A stretch of DNA of 24,000 nucleotides from Pseudobdellovibrionaceae bacterium (GTDB taxonomy: Bacteria; Bdellovibrionota; Bdellovibrionia; Bdellovibrionales; Bdellovibrionaceae). Below are positions 22,572 through 24,000 of this stretch, piece by piece (the stretch's first letter is position 1; the number at the start of each line of letters is the position of its first letter). The notes under the pieces were generated by a model. The model was given only the letters and a program-made list of their open reading frames with translations, was not told the origin of the DNA and searched no databases. The DNA is taken from positions 1 to 24,000 of the forward strand of contig JBIKLL010000023.1 in assembly GCA_044359815.1 (NCBI GenBank), read 5' to 3'. Position numbers and translations under genes: made by a program.

Positions 22572-23555
22572 CTACTTTAACAACCCTATTTCGCGCAATC
22601 TTTGCATTAAAAAATCATGGGATGAAATGTCCTGATATTTCGCACCTGCTCCCTTACAACTGGGTATGCACGACAACAGAGCTTCTGGGTGTGGATGCAT
22701 AAAAAATGGCATCGAATACCTGTGACTGTGCGTGGCTTCAGGCGAATTGATCACTTGATGAGTGGTCGATGGAATCACATCGTTGCAAATCCGCGACAGC
22801 ATATCCCCTGCATCCACAATCAGCGTACCTGGTTCGGCATTGACATCCAGCCATTGACCATCGCGGTCTTTAAGCTGCAATCCTGACGCTGTGGCTGCTG
22901 GCAAAATAGTGATCAGATTTATATCTTCATGTGGAGCCGCTCGTAAACAACGCGGATCCGCTCCTTCTGGAATCGGTGGATAATGCAGCAGCCTCAAGAT
23001 TGAATTTCCATCCGAGACCATGTTTTCAAAATAATCATTAGGCACATCCAACGGGAAGGTCAGCGCTTGCAACATGCTTTTGCCAGCTGCTTCCAATGCA
23101 AAATACAATTCAGAAAATACTTTTTGAAATTCTGCAATCTCCTGCGGCCAAACATTGTCAGGATAATAGGGTTTCAGCCTGTGACCGGCAGAAACCTCAC
23201 GGCCCACATGCCAAAATTCTTTTAAATCCATAACTGGATGATCTTTGGCGTGCTCTTGTCCAAAAGGCGTGTAACCCCTTTGGCCGCCATGGACACCTGA
23301 ATATCTGAGTTTTGTTTCAGTTGGTAAATTAAAAAACTGCTCAGAAACTTGGTAAGCGGTCGTTAGCAAATTTTCAGTGACGTCGTGATCCTTTAAAATC
23401 ACAAAACCAAAATCACGAATGCCTCGGTACAAATGATCAATAAATTTGATTTGGTCGTACTCGGCGCCTTCTGTAAAACTCTTTAAACTGATTGTTGGCA
23501 CCTGTCGCAGATTAGACAAAGTACTCCGTTCGACAACGACTTCTAGTTCCATCAC
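22572..23555 (-). CDS. 2-oxoglutarate/Fe(II)-dependent oxygenase (isopenicillin-N-synthase-like family)
   Basis: 327 aa. It has the HxD...H facial triad context (LLHYPPIP, APHEDINLITIL, LIVDAGDML, IPSTTHQV) and an N-terminal DIOX_N-like region (FGFVILKDHDV). The substrate is unknown. Confidence 0.8.
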   Translation of the reverse strand: MMELEVVVERSTLSNLRQVPTISLKSFTEGAEYDQIKFIDHLYRGIRDFGFVILKDHDVTENLLTTAYQVSEQFFNLPTETKLRYSGVHGGQRGYTPFGQEHAKDHPVMDLKEFWHVGREVSAGHRLKPYYPDNVWPQEIAEFQKVFSELYFALEAAGKSMLQALTFPLDVPNDYFENMVSDGNSILRLLHYPPIPEGADPRCLRAAPHEDINLITILPAATASGLQLKDRDGQWLDVNAEPGTLIVDAGDMLSRICNDVIPSTTHQVINSPEATHSHRYSMPFFMHPHPEALLSCIPSCKGAGAKYQDISSHDFLMQRLREIGLLK

Positions 23556-23609
23556 ACACCCCCCTCAGGCTGTCATTATTTAACACCAGATTTTTAGACC
23601 CAAATCAAA

Positions 23610-24000
23610 TCAAATTTTGATCAGATCTGTGACCAATATTCTGGTGTCATCTAGCACCTTAAAATGCACATCAAAATTATCCACAAATATTGCATGTTTA
23701 TCCCGATATTGAGGCTTGTTTTGCCGGTACACCAAGGGCCTTGGATCACGCTTCAGCGTGCCTTCGATCAGATCCTTCAGGGAGCCGCAGTCAAGATCCT
23801 GTATTGCCTTTTGAGCCTTTAGGTCCCACTCAACCTGCAACTGCAAATCAGCACTGTTTTGGCTCCACCCGCTTTGTGCATCGACGATAGCTTCGGTTTG
23901 CACCAAATAAGGTTTCAAATCAAAAATCGGCGTGCCTTCGATAAAATCAACACCCGAAATATGCAGCTGATTGTTTTCGATTTTTTCAAGTTTCACCAGC
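23610..24000 (-). CDS. trmO: tRNA (t6A37-N6)-methyltransferase TrmO/TsaA (YaeB family): C-terminal part only, because the N-terminus lies beyond the right window edge
   Basis: The family motif is ISGVDFIEGTPIFDLKPYL, followed by the YaeB-type C-terminal domain. The reading frame stays open upstream of the track's GTG at 23996 (the next codon is CTG) up to the window end. Confidence 0.75.
   Translation of the reverse strand, partial: LVKLEKIENNQLHISGVDFIEGTPIFDLKPYLVQTEAIVDAQSGWSQNSADLQLQVEWDLKAQKAIQDLDCGSLKDLIEGTLKRDPRPLVYRQNKPQYRDKHAIFVDNFDVHFKVLDDTRILVTDLIKI

Noticed and set aside
1-24000. Mobile element, prophage or defence-island signatures (integrase, transposase, tRNA-flanked att sites, toxin-antitoxin pairs, restriction/CRISPR genes)
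   Set aside because: I recognised none in any frame. The window reads as core chromosome with housekeeping genes interleaved, so I frame the unusual FHA/TadC operon as a signalling or envelope system rather than a mobile defence system.

Overview
Gene-dense chromosomal window from a Gram-negative bacterium, shown by lipoproteins, outer-membrane beta-barrels and an ExbB/ExbD pair. The gene content (maf/yggS-proC-divIVA neighbourhood, GTP-type PEPCK, a Tad-type platform gene, many FHA proteins) and a moderately AT-rich composition judged by eye suggest a Bdellovibrionota/Oligoflexia-like organism. That is a guess, not a computed assignment. I support 22 CDSs, one truncated at the right edge. 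I found no rRNA, tRNA, CRISPR array, transposase or integrase. Recognisable housekeeping genes are valS, pckG (GTP), proC, divIVA, an MFS exporter, a 2OG-Fe(II) oxygenase and trmO/tsaA. The most unusual content is a tightly coupled six-gene minus-strand operon at 3835-10256. It encodes an orphan TadC/T2SS-F-like platform protein, a DUF192 protein, and three membrane-spanning FHA proteins with four FHA domains in total. One FHA protein has an FHA-TM-Cache-TM-HAMP-PAS layout; the other two are FHA-TM-TPR. The last gene looks like a PP2C fold that has lost its catalytic residues. The window contains no Ser/Thr kinase, pilus ATPase, pilin or secretin. Other items worth a second look: a Maf-YggS fusion ORF; a beta-barrel protein with one CXXCH motif just after its signal peptide; a small His/Asp-rich lipoprotein barrel preceded by two 32-bp direct repeats; a sulfatase-fold lipoprotein lacking the catalytic residues; an ExbB-ExbD pair followed by 34-bp tandem repeats and a non-canonical third gene; and a perfect (AGTTAGAT)13 microsatellite at the left edge. 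All family calls come from motif recognition by eye; no searches were run.
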